Below are positions 1 through 10,314 of a DNA stretch of 64,000 bases, one piece after another. A program made the translations under genes and the position numbers. The stretch is taken from assembly GCA_963833985.1 (NCBI GenBank), contig CAWIAD010000002.1, forward strand, positions 4,288,001 to 4,352,000, written 5' to 3'. The stretch is from an uncultured Planctomycetaceae bacterium. Its GTDB lineage: Bacteria; Planctomycetota; Planctomycetia; Isosphaerales; Isosphaeraceae. Position 1 is the first letter of the stretch; each line of letters begins with the position of its first letter. The notes below the pieces were generated by a model. It was not told the DNA's origin and ran no database searches. It worked only from the letters and a program-made list of their open reading frames with translations.

Positions 1-1689
1 CACCTCGGCGATCTCCTCCGAGTCGACCTCTTTCTTGAGCAGCCGGCGCGTCTCGCGGGCAGGTCCGCCATCCGCCTCGGCCGAGGCCCGCTCGGCCTCG
101 GCGATCCTTTGCTCCAGCTCTTTTCGTTCACGCTCCAGCTTGGGGGCTTCCTGGAACTTGGGATCGCGGGCGATCTCGTTGTAGTCTTCGCCACGGCTCA
201 TCCGCTTGTTGAACTCGTCGTTGAGCTGCCGGGACGCCTCGTGCACGGCGGCGAGCCGCTCGCGCATCTGCTGCACGTCGCCCAGACCGGACTTCTCCAT
301 CTCCCACTGCCGGCGCAGGTCTTGCAGATTCTTCTCGTCCTCGGCAATCTTCTCCTCGACCTCGGCCAGCCGATCGCGGGCATGGGCCTCGGTCTCCGCC
401 TCGAGCATCCGTTTGGCGAGCTGAAGCTGGAGCAACCGCCGCTGAACGACGTCGATCTCGGTGGGCACCGACTGGAGCTCCATGGAGAGCCGGCTCGACG
501 CTTCGTCCACCAGGTCGATCGCCTTGTCGGGCAGGAAGCGATCCGTGATGTAGCGCGCCGAAAGCTTGGCGGCCGAAACCAGTGCCGAGTCCTTGATCTT
601 CACCTTGTGGTGGATCTCGTAGCGCTCCTTGATGCCGCGGAGAATCGCGATCGTGTCCTCGATGGACGGCTCGCCAACGAAAATTGGCTGGAATCGCCGC
701 TCAAGCGCCGGGTCTTTTTCAATATGCTCGCGGAACTCGTCGAGCGTCGTGGCGCCGATGCACCGCAGCTCACCCCTGGCCAGTGCCGGCTTCAGCAGGT
801 TGGCCGCGTCCATCGAGCCTTCCGCCTTGCCCGCCCCCACAACCAGGTGCAGCTCATCGATGAACAGGATGATCCGTCCCTCGGACTGCGTCACCTCTTT
901 CAGCACGGCCTTGAGGCGATCCTCGAACTCGCCGCGGAACTTGGTTCCGGCCACGAGGGCCCCCATGTCCAGCGCGATCAGCTTGCGGTTTTGCAGGCTT
1001 TCCGGCACGTCCCCTGAAACAATGCGCTGAGCGAGCCCCTCCGCGATGGCCGTCTTGCCCACTCCCGGCTCGCCGATGAGCACCGGGTTGTTCTTGGTCC
1101 GGCGGCTGAGAACCTGGACCACGCGGCGGATCTCGGCATCGCGGCCGATGACGGGGTCCATCTTGCCGCGCCGTGCCAGCTCAACCAGGTCCCGGCCGTA
1201 GCGTTCCAGGGCCTGGTACTTGTCGTCGGGGTTCTGGTCGCTCACGGTCTGCCCGCCGCGGACCTTCTGCAAGGCTTGCAGGATGTCCTTCTCGCCGACA
1301 CCCAGGGCTTCGAGCACCTGCTGTGCGCGGCTCTTCACCTTGACCAGCCCGAGCAGCAGGTGCTCGACCGAGACGTACTGGTCCTTCATCCGCTCGGCCT
1401 CGGCCTGCGCCGTATCGAGCAAAGTCGCGAGGTCGGGCGCGAGCGACTGCTCGCCGCCGGTGACCCTGGGCAGCGAATTCATCCCCTCCTCGGCGGCCCG
1501 CAGCACCTGCGTGGGATTGACGCCAAGCTGGGTCAGCAGGCTGCGGATGACCTGCTGTTCCGGGTCCAGGAGCGCTGCCAGCAGGTGCATCGGCTCGATC
1601 CGCTGGTGTCCGCGCTCGCGCGCCAGTGCCTGCGCCGCCTGCACAGCCTCCTGGCTTTTCAAGGTGAGTCGGTCAAAACGAAATGCCAT
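1..1689 (-). CDS. clpB: ATP-dependent chaperone ClpB (3' part runs off the window)
   Basis: ATG at 1689 reads [16 protein letters not shown]. Contains Walker A ([10 protein letters not shown]), [18 protein letters not shown] and [11 protein letters not shown], plus a coiled-coil M domain. Absent from the ORF track because it is open at the edge. Confidence 0.95.
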   Translation of the reverse strand, partial: MAFRFDRLTLKSQEAVQAAQALARERGHQRIEPMHLLAALLDPEQQVIRSLLTQLGVNPTQVLRAAEEGMNSLPRVTGGEQSLAPDLATLLDTAQAEAERMKDQYVSVEHLLLGLVKVKSRAQQVLEALGVGEKDILQALQKVRGGQTVSDQNPDDKYQALERYGRDLVELARRGKMDPVIGRDAEIRRVVQVLSRRTKNNPVLIGEPGVGKTAIAEGLAQRIVSGDVPESLQNRKLIALDMGALVAGTKFRGEFEDRLKAVLKEVTQSEGRIILFIDELHLVVGAGKAEGSMDAANLLKPALARGELRCIGATTLDEFREHIEKDPALERRFQPIFVGEPSIEDTIAILRGIKERYEIHHKVKIKDSALVSAAKLSARYITDRFLPDKAIDLVDEASSRLSMELQSVPTEIDVVQRRLLQLQLAKRMLEAETEAHARDRLAEVEEKIAEDEKNLQDLRRQWEMEKSGLGDVQQMRERLAAVHEASRQLNDEFNKRMSRGEDYNEIARDPKFQEAPKLERERKELEQRIAEAERASAEADGGPARETRRLLKKEVDSEEIAEV

Positions 1690-1888
1690 GGGGTTCACCA
1701 ATCAAAAAGGATCGGGTCCGCGCAGCGAGAGCGGGCAGTGGCCCGCGGAGCAGGGTGAATGAGACGTGGCGCGCCAGCTCGTGGCCAGGGGCCGAAGCCC
1801 AAAGGCAAACGGTTCGTCACCGGATGCATCTTGCCGCGACCATTCGCCACGTCTCACCCGCCACCTCAGTCCGGCCGGAAACGGCCGA

Positions 1889-3824
1889 TCACTTCTTCTC
1901 CTCGAACTCGACGTCGATGACGTCCTCGGGCTTTTGCGATCCGTCACCGCCATTGGGCGACGCCGAGGGCCCCGGTCCGGCAGTTCCGCCTGGGCCCGCT
2001 GCTGCTGCGCCGGGTGCACCGGAGGAGTAGAGATGCTCCGACATCGCCTGGCTGGCCCGGGAGAGCTCGTCGATGGCACGGTTGATGGCCGCAACGTCCT
2101 CGGACTTGGCGGCCTCGTTGACCTTGTCGATGGCGGCGCGCAGGGCCGACTTGTCGGTCTCGCTGAGCTTCTCCTTGTGCTCCTCGAGGACTTTCTTCGA
2201 GCTGGTAGACGCGCTGCTCGGCCATGTTCCTGACCTCGACCAGCTCGCGGCGCTGCTTGTCGTCGGCCGCGTGCGACTCGGCGTCGCGCTGCATCCGATC
2301 GATCTCTTCCTTGCTCAGACCGCCCGACGATTCGATGCGGATGGTCTGCTCCTTCCCGGTCCCCTGGTCCCGGGCAGTGACGTTCAGGATGCCGTTGGAA
2401 TCGATGTTGAAGGCGACCTCGATCTTGGGGACGCCCATCCGTGCCGGCGGAATCCCTTCCAGATTGAAGTCTCCCAGGAACCGGTTGTCGCCGGCCATGG
2501 GGCGCTCGCCCTGATAGACCTTGATCGTGACGGCGGTCTGGTTGTCCTCGGCCGTCGTGAAGACTTCCTTCTTCTCGGTCGGGATCGTGGTGTTCCGCGG
2601 CACCAGCACGGTCATCACCCCCCCCTTGGTTTCCAGACCAAGCGAGAGCGGAGTCACATCGAGCAGCAGCACCTGCTTGACGTCGCCGGTCAAAACCGCG
2701 CCCTGGATGGCCGCACCGACGGCGACAACCTCGTCGGGGTTGACGCCCTTGTGCGGGTCCTTGCCGAAGATCTCCTTGACGATCTGCTGGACTCGCGGCA
2801 TGCGCGTTGAGCCGCCGACAAGGACGACCTCATCGATCTGGTTCGGCTTCAGCTTGGCGTCATCAAGGGCCTTGATGACCGGTCCCCGGCAACGCTCGAA
2901 CAGGCTGTCAGTCAGCTTCTCGAACTGCGAGCGGCTGATGGTCATGGCCATGTGCTTGGGACCGGAAGCGTCCGCCGTGATGAACGGCAGGTTGATGTCG
3001 GCCTGGGCCTGGAAGGAAAGGTCTTTCTTGGCCTTCTCGGCGGCTTCCTTGAGCCGCTGAAGAGCCATCTGGTCCTTGCGCAGGTCGATCCCCTGCTCCT
3101 TGCGGAACTCCTCGGCGATGTGGTTGATGAGGGCCTCATCCCAGTCGTCGCCGCCCAGGTGCGTATCGCCATTGGTCGAGAGCACCTCGAAGACGCCGTC
3201 GGCGACATCGAGGATCGAGATGTCGAAGGTGCCCCCGCCCAGGTCGAACACCGCGATCTTCTCGTTCTTCTTCTTCTCGAGGCCGTATGCCAGGGCCGCC
3301 GCCGTCGGCTCGTTGATGATCCGCGCAACCTCGAGCCCGGCAATCTGGCCGGCATCCTTGGTCGCCTGCCGCTGGCTGTCATTGAAATAAGCCGGTACCG
3401 TGATCACCGCCTTGCGGACCTTGTGTCCGAGGTAACTCTCGGCGGCTTCCCTCAGCTTGCGCAGGATCAGCGCGGAGACCTCCGGCGGCGTGTAATCCTT
3501 GTTATTGATGTGCACCTTCACAAAGTCGCTCGGTCCGCCCACCACCTCGTAGGGGACCATCTTCTCCTCGTTGCGGACTTCCTCGTGACGGCGGCCCATG
3601 AACCGCTTGATCGAGTAAACCGTTCCTCGAGGGTTCGTGATCGCCTGACGCTTCGCCGGCTCGCCAACCAGAACCTCCCCCTTGGATGTGAATGCAACCA
3701 CCGAGGGCGTCAAACGGCTCCCTTCCTGGTTCGGGATCACCGTCACGTCCGAGCCTTCCATCACCGCGACGACGCTATTGGTCGTACCCAGGTCGATTCC
3801 GATAATTCTTTCACCTTCCGCCAC
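1889..3824 (-). CDS. dnaK: Molecular chaperone DnaK (apparent 1-nt insertion near 2195)
   Basis: GTG start after GGAAAGGAGA. Motifs [28 protein letters not shown]. The typical C-terminus (...[12 protein letters not shown]) lies in another frame, with the stop at 1889-1891. Confidence 0.95.
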
Positions 3825-3992
3825 GACCCGTCTCCTTTCCCACGTTGAGCGGTGATGTGAACGCGCGCCCGGACACGTCGTCCCGACGCAGCGAGCTTCA
3901 GCAACCGATTGGCAAGCCAGACTGGCCATCACGCCCGCAGCCGCTTGCCAGCAACGCCTGATGTCACCGTCTCACAAGATGATCCTCCATTG

Positions 3993-4008
3993 AGCAAGCT
4001 CCATGCCA
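3993..4008 (-). promoter_or_regulatory. Putative sigma54 (-24/-12) promoter for dnaK-clpB
   Basis: The minus strand reads TGGCATGGAGCTTGCT (GG-N10-GC), about 170 nt upstream of dnaK. Confidence 0.65.
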
Positions 4009-4513
4009 GAGCCCCACGTCCCCTGCGCAGTTGGCTTAAATCGCGATTGCAGCAACTTTTAGAGCAAGGTTTCTGGTGCGCATGGGCTCACCGTTGCTTC
4101 CCTGAACCTGCCAGAACGACAGTCTCGCTTTCGGGCATCCAGAACGGCTGCAAAAATGGCACCCGCTTGTGGTACTCGGCTGGAAAGTGGTCCCCGTGTC
4201 ACGGACCCGCACGCGGGTGGGAGACCTCGTCGCGCCCGCAGCGCCGGGCCGCCCACGCTTCCGTGGACCGCCGGGCCGGAAACCGCTTGACAGAGCCGTT
4301 TTTTTCTTGTAATTACTTATCGCTCAGAAGCTTGCGTCTGACATGAAGTTTTACCCCGAGCCCGGACCTGGTGCCTACTCGCCGGCTCACCACGTGAGCA
4401 ACTGCACCGCAAGCCCTGACAATGATGGATGTTGCGCACGGTACGTACGACTTCCCCCGAACTTCCGGGATCTTGCTCCAGGTTCGTGACTTTGTCTCTC
4501 GTCGAGTGGACTG

Positions 4514-5686
4514 ATGGCCCGCAAGCCCGCCCCGAACAATCGCATTTCCTCGAACGCGAAGGCAACCGTCGCCGAGTCGCCCGAAACCAAACGCGCACCA
4601 ACGTTGACGACCCTGCGCAGCGAGATCGACCAGGTCGATCAGAATCTCGTGGGTCTGCTCAATCGCAGGGCCGAGATCGCCGCCCAGATCGGGCAGATCA
4701 AGCATCATCAGGGTCTCGAGGTCTGGTCCGCCGCGCGCGAGGATGAGGTCATCGCGAAGGCCCTCGCAGCCAGCCAGGGCCCGCTCCCCATCGAGACGTT
4801 ACGGCTCATCTTTCGCGAGCTCATGAGCGGGTCGCGCTCGCTTCAGCGGTCGCTCCGTGTTGCTTGCCTGGGACCCAAGTATAGCTACAGCTACCTGGCC
4901 GCGGTGGCGAAGTTCGGCGAAGCGGTGGAGCACGTCCCGGTCGGGTCCATCGCGGCGGTCTTCGAGGAGCTGAACCGCCGGCATGTCCAGTTCGGCATCG
5001 TCCCGCTGGAAAACTCGACCGACGGGCGAATCGCCGACACGCTGGACATGTTCATCAAACTGCCCAACGTGAAGATCCGGGCCGAGATCAAGCTCAGGAT
5101 CCATCATTGCTTGCTGGGGCGATCCGAGTGGGGTCAGGTACGTCGCGTGTACTCGAAGTACCAGGCACTCTCGCAATGCCGCAACTGGCTCGGCAAGAAC
5201 TTGCCCCAAGCAATGAAGGTCGAGGTGGTTTCCACGGCCGCCGCCGCCGAGCTGGCCCAGCGCGAGGAATTCGCGGCCGCGGTGGCCAGCCGCGCCGCCG
5301 CTCAGGCGTACCGGCTCAATATCCTGGCGGAGAACATCGAGGACCAGGTCCACAACGTGACCCGCTTTGCCGTGCTCGCCGAGGTGGCCGAGCAGCCTAC
5401 CGGACGCGACAAGACCTCGCTCATGCTCAGGCTGCCGAACCAGGTCGGGTCGCTGGTCAAGACGATCTCGCCGTTCGAGAAGTTCGGCGTCAACCTGACC
5501 TGGATCGAGTCCTTCCCGATCCCCAACTCGCAAGGCGATAGCGACCCCGCCTACCTGTTCTTCGTCGATATCGACGGGCACGAGTCGGATCCCCAGGTCC
5601 AGAAAGCGGTCGACGCCGTCCGCAAGCGCTGCGAGCGGCTCGACGTCCTGGGCTCCTACCCCCGGAGCAAGGTGATCGAGGCGTGA
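4514..5686 (+). CDS. pheA: Chorismate mutase / prephenate dehydratase (P-protein)
   Basis: CM domain (LRSEIDQVD...REDEVI), PDT motifs (VPLENSTDG, NVTRFAVL) and ACT domain (NLTWIESFP, LGSYP). Confidence 0.93.
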   Translation: MARKPAPNNRISSNAKATVAESPETKRAPTLTTLRSEIDQVDQNLVGLLNRRAEIAAQIGQIKHHQGLEVWSAAREDEVIAKALAASQGPLPIETLRLIFRELMSGSRSLQRSLRVACLGPKYSYSYLAAVAKFGEAVEHVPVGSIAAVFEELNRRHVQFGIVPLENSTDGRIADTLDMFIKLPNVKIRAEIKLRIHHCLLGRSEWGQVRRVYSKYQALSQCRNWLGKNLPQAMKVEVVSTAAAAELAQREEFAAAVASRAAAQAYRLNILAENIEDQVHNVTRFAVLAEVAEQPTGRDKTSLMLRLPNQVGSLVKTISPFEKFGVNLTWIESFPIPNSQGDSDPAYLFFVDIDGHESDPQVQKAVDAVRKRCERLDVLGSYPRSKVIEA

Positions 5687-5729
5687 ACCCTCCGCGCTCG
5701 GCACCGTAGCGCAGCGGGCCGACGGCTCG

Positions 5730-6395
5730 TCAAGGACCAGGCGGTGCCGCCGGCAACGCGGGCATATCGGCCCCCATTCCGCCACGAGGCGGCTCGGACA
5801 GCCGCAACTGGTCAGCCTGCTGCTCCAGACTCATGGCGCGGTTCAGATCTCCCTTGAGACGGTAGGCCCGGCTCAGGTTATACACCGGGTCGATCGAACC
5901 AGGGTTCAGCTTGACCGCCAGTTCCAGTGCGCTCACGGCCTCGCGCAGCTCGTGGCGACTGATCGCCAGCCTCCCGAGATCGAGCCATGCGGCCCCATGC
6001 CCGGGGTCCAGGGCGACGGCCCGACGCCAGCACCGTTCGGCTTCGTCCAGGTTCCCTTCGGCCTCGAAGGCGATGCCTGCGAGCTCGAGTGCGTCCGCGT
6101 TCGCGGCCGGAGACGAGACCGCTCCCAGCACCTCCCGCGCCGCGGCGGGACGGCCGGACTTCAGGAGAGCCCGTGCTTGCTCCAGACTCCGCGTGGGCAC
6201 GGACCGATCGGGCCGCGCCAGGGGCTCCTTCCTGAAGCGGCTCCAGGCAATCACGATCGTCGGCAAGAGTGCCGTCAGCAGGGCGGCACAGACAACGAGG
6301 ATCACGGCTGACGGGCGTGGCTGCCCCGGAAGCCGGCGCGGGCTGCCGTCCAGGCCCGCACGACTGTTGCTGAGTCGCTGTTCAGGTACACTCAT
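5730..6395 (-). CDS. Membrane-anchored tetratricopeptide repeat protein
   Basis: Distal part of track ORF 5730..7466, with its own ATG at 6395. One TM segment followed by TPR-like repeats (AERCWRRAVALDP, AVSALELAVKLNP). Confidence 0.7.
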   Translation of the reverse strand: MSVPEQRLSNSRAGLDGSPRRLPGQPRPSAVILVVCAALLTALLPTIVIAWSRFRKEPLARPDRSVPTRSLEQARALLKSGRPAAAREVLGAVSSPAANADALELAGIAFEAEGNLDEAERCWRRAVALDPGHGAAWLDLGRLAISRHELREAVSALELAVKLNPGSIDPVYNLSRAYRLKGDLNRAMSLEQQADQLRLSEPPRGGMGADMPALPAAPPGP

Positions 6396-6480
6396 GATTC
6401 TGGTCGCACTGGCCCGGCGCGGGAGTTCCGCAGCGCCGGTACCGTTTGCAACAGGCAGCCCGGCTTCGTGCCTCCGCGCG

Positions 6481-7535
6481 TCACACGAGCATGATCGCGA
6501 TCTGGCCGGCCCTCGGCCGGCGCGGCCCACGATGGCTGCGGCCGCAGTGCCGCGGGCTTGCAGCTCGGAGACCAGGCGATCGGCCTGCTCAGGGCCAACC
6601 GCGATCAAAAGCCCGCCCGAGGTCTGGGCGTCGAAGACGAACTCCAGCAGCAGCGGATCCACGGCCGGCTCGACGCTGAGACGGCCCGCCAGGAACTCCC
6701 GGTTGGTCTTGCTGGCTCGAGTGTAGTATCGCGCGACAGCCAGCGGCAAGGCACCCTCGATCAGCGGCAGGCTGGCGACGTCGATCTCGAAGGTCAGGCC
6801 CGCCCCCTGGGCCATCTCGCAGGCATGACCGGCCAGTCCGTAGCCCGTGACGTCGGTCACCGCGTGCACCCCTCCGGCGGCGCGGAGGGCGTCGCGGGCG
6901 GAGGCGTTCAGCGCGATCATCTGCGTGACGGCGCAATCAAGCACCCCGAGGGGACACTCCTGGCGCTTGGCGGCCGTGGTCACGAAACCGGTGCCCAGCG
7001 GCTTGGTCAGCACCAGGACGTCTCCCGGCTGCGCGCCCGCGTTGGTGAGGATCTCGGCCGGGTGAATCAGCCCGGTCACGCTCAGGCCGAACTTGATCTC
7101 CTTGTCACGCACGGTGTGGCCGCCCAGCGTGGCTGCCCCGGCCAGCGCGACCCGGTCGCTGGCACCCCGGAGGATCTCCCCCAGGATCTCCATGGGAAGC
7201 TCGTCGTCAGGAAACGCTGCGATGTTCAGCACCGTGACCGGACGGCCGTTCATCGCGTAAACATCCGAGAGCGCATTGGCGGCTGCGATCTGGCCGAAGG
7301 TGAAGGGATCGTCCACCAGCGGCGGAAAGAAATCGAGCGTCTGCACGAGCGCGAGGTCGTCCGAGAGGCGGTACACACCCGCATCGTCCATGGTCTCGGT
7401 GGCGACCAGCACGTCGGAGTTGCCACGCGCGAAAGGCCCGGCGCGCAGAACCTGCGCGATCCCCATGGGGGATATCTTGCCTGCTCACCCCGCACAGTTC
7501 GCGTAGTCAGTCAGTCTCTTCTCTCGTCCAGACAT
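6481..7535 (-). CDS. selD: Selenide, water dikinase (selenoprotein, Sec at codon 17; apparent 1-nt deletion near 6520)
   Basis: ATG at 7535 gives MSGREKRLTDYANCAG-TGA-AGKISP. Motifs DDAGVY, IAAANALSDVYAM, GGHT, DVTGYGLAGH, DAQTSGGLL. The natural end ...IAIMLV* at 6481 is in a shifted frame. Confidence 0.92.
7442..7458 (-). promoter_or_regulatory. Putative bacterial SECIS element of selD
   Basis: Hairpin CGCGCAG-GUU-CUGCGCG starting 26 nt after the in-frame UGA at 7485-7487. Confidence 0.7.
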
Positions 7536-7589
7536 ACGTCGGCGCGCGAATCCTTTCTCGATGCCGGCCGTTTCCGACCGCACATAAGT

Positions 7590-7829
7590 TCAAACGTTCA
7601 GAGCCTTGCCGATTTCATCGAGCAGCGCCTGTTCGTCAGGAAACTTCCCCGTCTCGAGCTTCGAGTATAACCTCTTGCCGCCGACGCTGAGCTCGAAGCA
7701 GCCTCCCTTCGAAGGAATCATCACGAACCGGCTGATCGACTGCTTGTACCGGGGCAGGACCTTGGCCGTCAAACTGACGGCCTGGGGCTCGTAGTTTCAA
7801 AGCGAACAGTATTCCAGCACGACTTCCAT
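7590..7829 (-). CDS. SelW/SelT/SelH-like (Rdx family) selenoprotein, CxxU, 79 aa
   Basis: Reads MEVVLEYCSL-TGA-NYEPQAVSL...PSKGGCFELSVGGKRLYSKLETGKFPDE. All Rdx hallmarks are in one frame across the UGA at 7797-7799. Confidence 0.9.
7764..7782 (-). promoter_or_regulatory. Putative bacterial SECIS element of the Rdx gene
   Basis: Perfect 8-bp stem GGCCGUCA-GUU-UGACGGCC starting 14 nt after the UGA. Confidence 0.75.
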
Positions 7830-7903
7830 GGTTTCGGTCTCCCGTCTCGTTTCCCATCGCGCGTTGGCAACGGCTTGCACCCAGTTCCATCGTAGTTCCG
7901 CGG

Positions 7904-9112
7904 TCAAGCGGAACGGTTGTGGGAACCGGCAGGCACTCCTTCCGCGGGTTGCGGGTGTCCGGGGCTCGCGGGCGTTCCCACGGCCGCGGAGAGGGCGCGA
8001 TGCGACAACCCCGCCACCGGTGCGAACGCGGAATCCGTCACCACCGGCTCCGGAGACTGCCAGTCCACGCTCATCAGCTCCGCCCAGCGATTGAGCTCGG
8101 GCACGGCCTGAAAGACCAGCTTCAGGCTCACCGTGATCGGCATCGCCAGGATCAGGCCGATCAGCCCCCAGAGATACCCCCAGAACAGGCAGGCGATCAG
8201 CACCGTGGTACCGTTCAGGTCCAGTGAACGTCCCATCACCAGGGGAGTCACGAAATAGCCTTCCATGCCCACGACAGCCAGGTACATCGCGGCCACCAGG
8301 AGCGCATCGCCGATGGAGCCGGTCTGTCCCATCGCAATCGCGGTCGGCAGTGCCCCGCCGATGATCTGGCCGATGTAAGGGATGAAATTCGTCAGCGCGG
8401 CGAACAGTCCCAGGATCAAGGCAAAGTGCACGTTCATGCACCAGAGGCCGAAGGCGATCACCAGCCCCAGCCCCAGGTTGATCAGGGTGCGCGCCACCAG
8501 GTAATCGCGGATCTTGCGCGTCACCGCCGCAAGCATCGCGGAGGCTTTCTCCGCCTCACCGGTCGTGCGCGCGAAGAACCGCACCACCTTGCTGGTGAGC
8601 ATCGGCCCCTCCACCAGCAGAAAGATCACCAGCACGAGCACGATGAAGCCCTGGACCACCCATATCGAGAAGTCAGAGAGTCCTGCGCTCAGCTTGTCGA
8701 TCAAGAGCGCACTGTTGGTGTCGCCCAGCCGGTCGATCGTGCCAGGCTCCGGCAACACCGCACGAAGATACGGCTGATCGCGCGCCAGGTCGCTGATCCG
8801 TGCGCTCACCTGGCCGGCGAGCCGCTCGACGTCCGCCGGCAAGGTGTGCGTCGCCCGGAATAACCCCTCGGCCGTCAGGCTGGCCACGTACAGGCCACCC
8901 ATGAGCAGCAGGATGACGAGCGCCAGCCCGCCCGCCGGACCGAACGGGAACCAGCGGCGGACAAGCGCCGCGGCCGGGGAAAGCATGCAAGCCAGAACGA
9001 GGGCCAGTGCAACCGGAATCAGGATCATCCTGAGCAAGTACAGCGCTGCAATCACCCCCAGGACCGCCAGGATCACCTGGGAAGAGGCTGCGTACGTTCC
9101 CTGTCGATCCAA
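7904..9112 (-). CDS. AI-2E family transporter
   Basis: Multi-TM protein with NFIPYIG, MEGYFVTPLVMGRSL and WGYLWGLIGLILAMP. Start uncertain; it may be ATG ~9194 with an indel near 9160. Confidence 0.88.
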   Translation of the reverse strand: MDRQGTYAASSQVILAVLGVIAALYLLRMILIPVALALVLACMLSPAAALVRRWFPFGPAGGLALVILLLMGGLYVASLTAEGLFRATHTLPADVERLAGQVSARISDLARDQPYLRAVLPEPGTIDRLGDTNSALLIDKLSAGLSDFSIWVVQGFIVLVLVIFLLVEGPMLTSKVVRFFARTTGEAEKASAMLAAVTRKIRDYLVARTLINLGLGLVIAFGLWCMNVHFALILGLFAALTNFIPYIGQIIGGALPTAIAMGQTGSIGDALLVAAMYLAVVGMEGYFVTPLVMGRSLDLNGTTVLIACLFWGYLWGLIGLILAMPITVSLKLVFQAVPELNRWAELMSVDWQSPEPVVTDSAFAPVAGLSHRALSAAVGTPASPGHPQPAEGVPAGSHNRSA

Positions 9113-9149
9113 GTTCTTCCTCCGGGGAAGGTTACGGGCAGAGTTGGCG

Positions 9150-10232
9150 TCATCCGCCGGGAGGCTCGGGCGGCGGGCGATCTCCCTTCATCATTGCGCG
9201 GCCGCCAGTGGATCGCAAGGCATCCCTCTCGGTGTTCAAGAAGGCATCCGCCCGATCGGGTGCCACGAACCGCCGCAGCAGGGTGCGCAGGGTGGTCTCG
9301 GCCTGCTCAGGCAGATCTGGCACTCCGTGCGTGGCGGCAGCGGATGCAGAAACCAGCCCGAACCACGTTAGCCGTGCCGGCCAGTGCGCCAGCTCGGCCG
9401 CGCGATCGAAGCGCTCCTGCACCCGCAACCCCCAGACAACTCCCCAGTGATCGCGAAACCAGAACCACAGATCTTCCAGCGCGCCGCGGCCCTGTGACGG
9501 CCGCCGCGCCGCGCGATCCCCGAGGAACCAGCCAAGGGCCAGTGTCCAGGCAACCAGGGGCCAGGCCGCGGCACGCGTGGCGGCCGTCCATTCCCCGCGT
9601 GTCAGTGCCAGGTATTCCACAATGAATCCCGCCCCCACCGAGAGGGCTGCTCCGCAGTACCGCGTGGGAACGAAATTGGTCACCCCCGCCAGCACCAGCA
9701 GCCCGTAAAACACCGTCCAGGGTGAGTCCAGCTGCACTTGCCCCAACCCCTGGGCGCGCCGCAGCCGGCCTCCCGCTTCCAGCCAGGGAATCAAGAACAC
9801 GAGCATCAGAAGCACCATCAGGATCGCCCACGCTTTCCCGCCGGGGTTGCGTGCACCCAGCACCGAGATGAGCGCGGCCAGCAGCGCCAGGACCATGAGG
9901 TAAGTGATCCGCCCCGTCCACGGCCGGCCCGATTGGGGCACTTCCAGGAAACCTTGCACCTGGGCCAGCACACCCAGCACGATGCCCAGGCCGGCCCACA
10001 CCAGTGCCCCTCGGAGTGCCGTCTGCTCGGCGTTCCGCCAGGCGGCCCGCCAGCTCGGGATCGCACCACCGAGCGCCAGGAGAACTCCGCAGGCAGCGCA
10101 CCGGGGGTCAATGGCCGTGAGCACACCCGAGATCACGATGCAAGCAGCCCAGAGCCGCAAGTACACTAACATCCACGCAGTCATGTGCCCATCTCGGAGA
10201 TTTAATCTGGAGGCTTTAGGTAAAATTGACAA
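9150..10232 (-). CDS. Hypothetical integral membrane protein
   Basis: About 8 hydrophobic segments, co-oriented with the AI-2E gene. Start and stop are uncertain. Confidence 0.65.
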   Translation of the reverse strand: MSILPKASRLNLRDGHMTAWMLVYLRLWAACIVISGVLTAIDPRCAACGVLLALGGAIPSWRAAWRNAEQTALRGALVWAGLGIVLGVLAQVQGFLEVPQSGRPWTGRITYLMVLALLAALISVLGARNPGGKAWAILMVLLMLVFLIPWLEAGGRLRRAQGLGQVQLDSPWTVFYGLLVLAGVTNFVPTRYCGAALSVGAGFIVEYLALTRGEWTAATRAAAWPLVAWTLALGWFLGDRAARRPSQGRGALEDLWFWFRDHWGVVWGLRVQERFDRAAELAHWPARLTWFGLVSASAAATHGVPDLPEQAETTLRTLLRRFVAPDRADAFLNTERDALRSTGGRAMMKGDRPPPEPPGG

Positions 10233-10314
10233 TCCGCCTTGTCGCAGACGTTATACTTGGAAAGAGGAAATCAAGGTGTGCCGCAGGAGTCGGCGATTCT
10301 CGAGAGTCTATCCG

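Noticed and set aside
1790..1830. GGCAAAC-containing stretch as a c-di-GMP-I riboswitch
   Set aside because: Wrong strand for clpB, and it lacks the GNRA loop and second stem.
4156..4170. TGGCACCCGCTTGT as a sigma54 promoter for pheA
   Set aside because: Spacing is one base short and the -12 GC is missing.
5730..7466. Apparent SelD-TPR fusion (578-aa ORF)
   Set aside because: The linker is junk-like, a normal SelD end lies in the adjacent frame (stop at 6481), and the TPR gene has its own ATG. This is a frameshift artefact.
10226..10257. TTGACA...TATACT sigma70 promoter
   Set aside because: The 20-nt spacer is too long to call with confidence.
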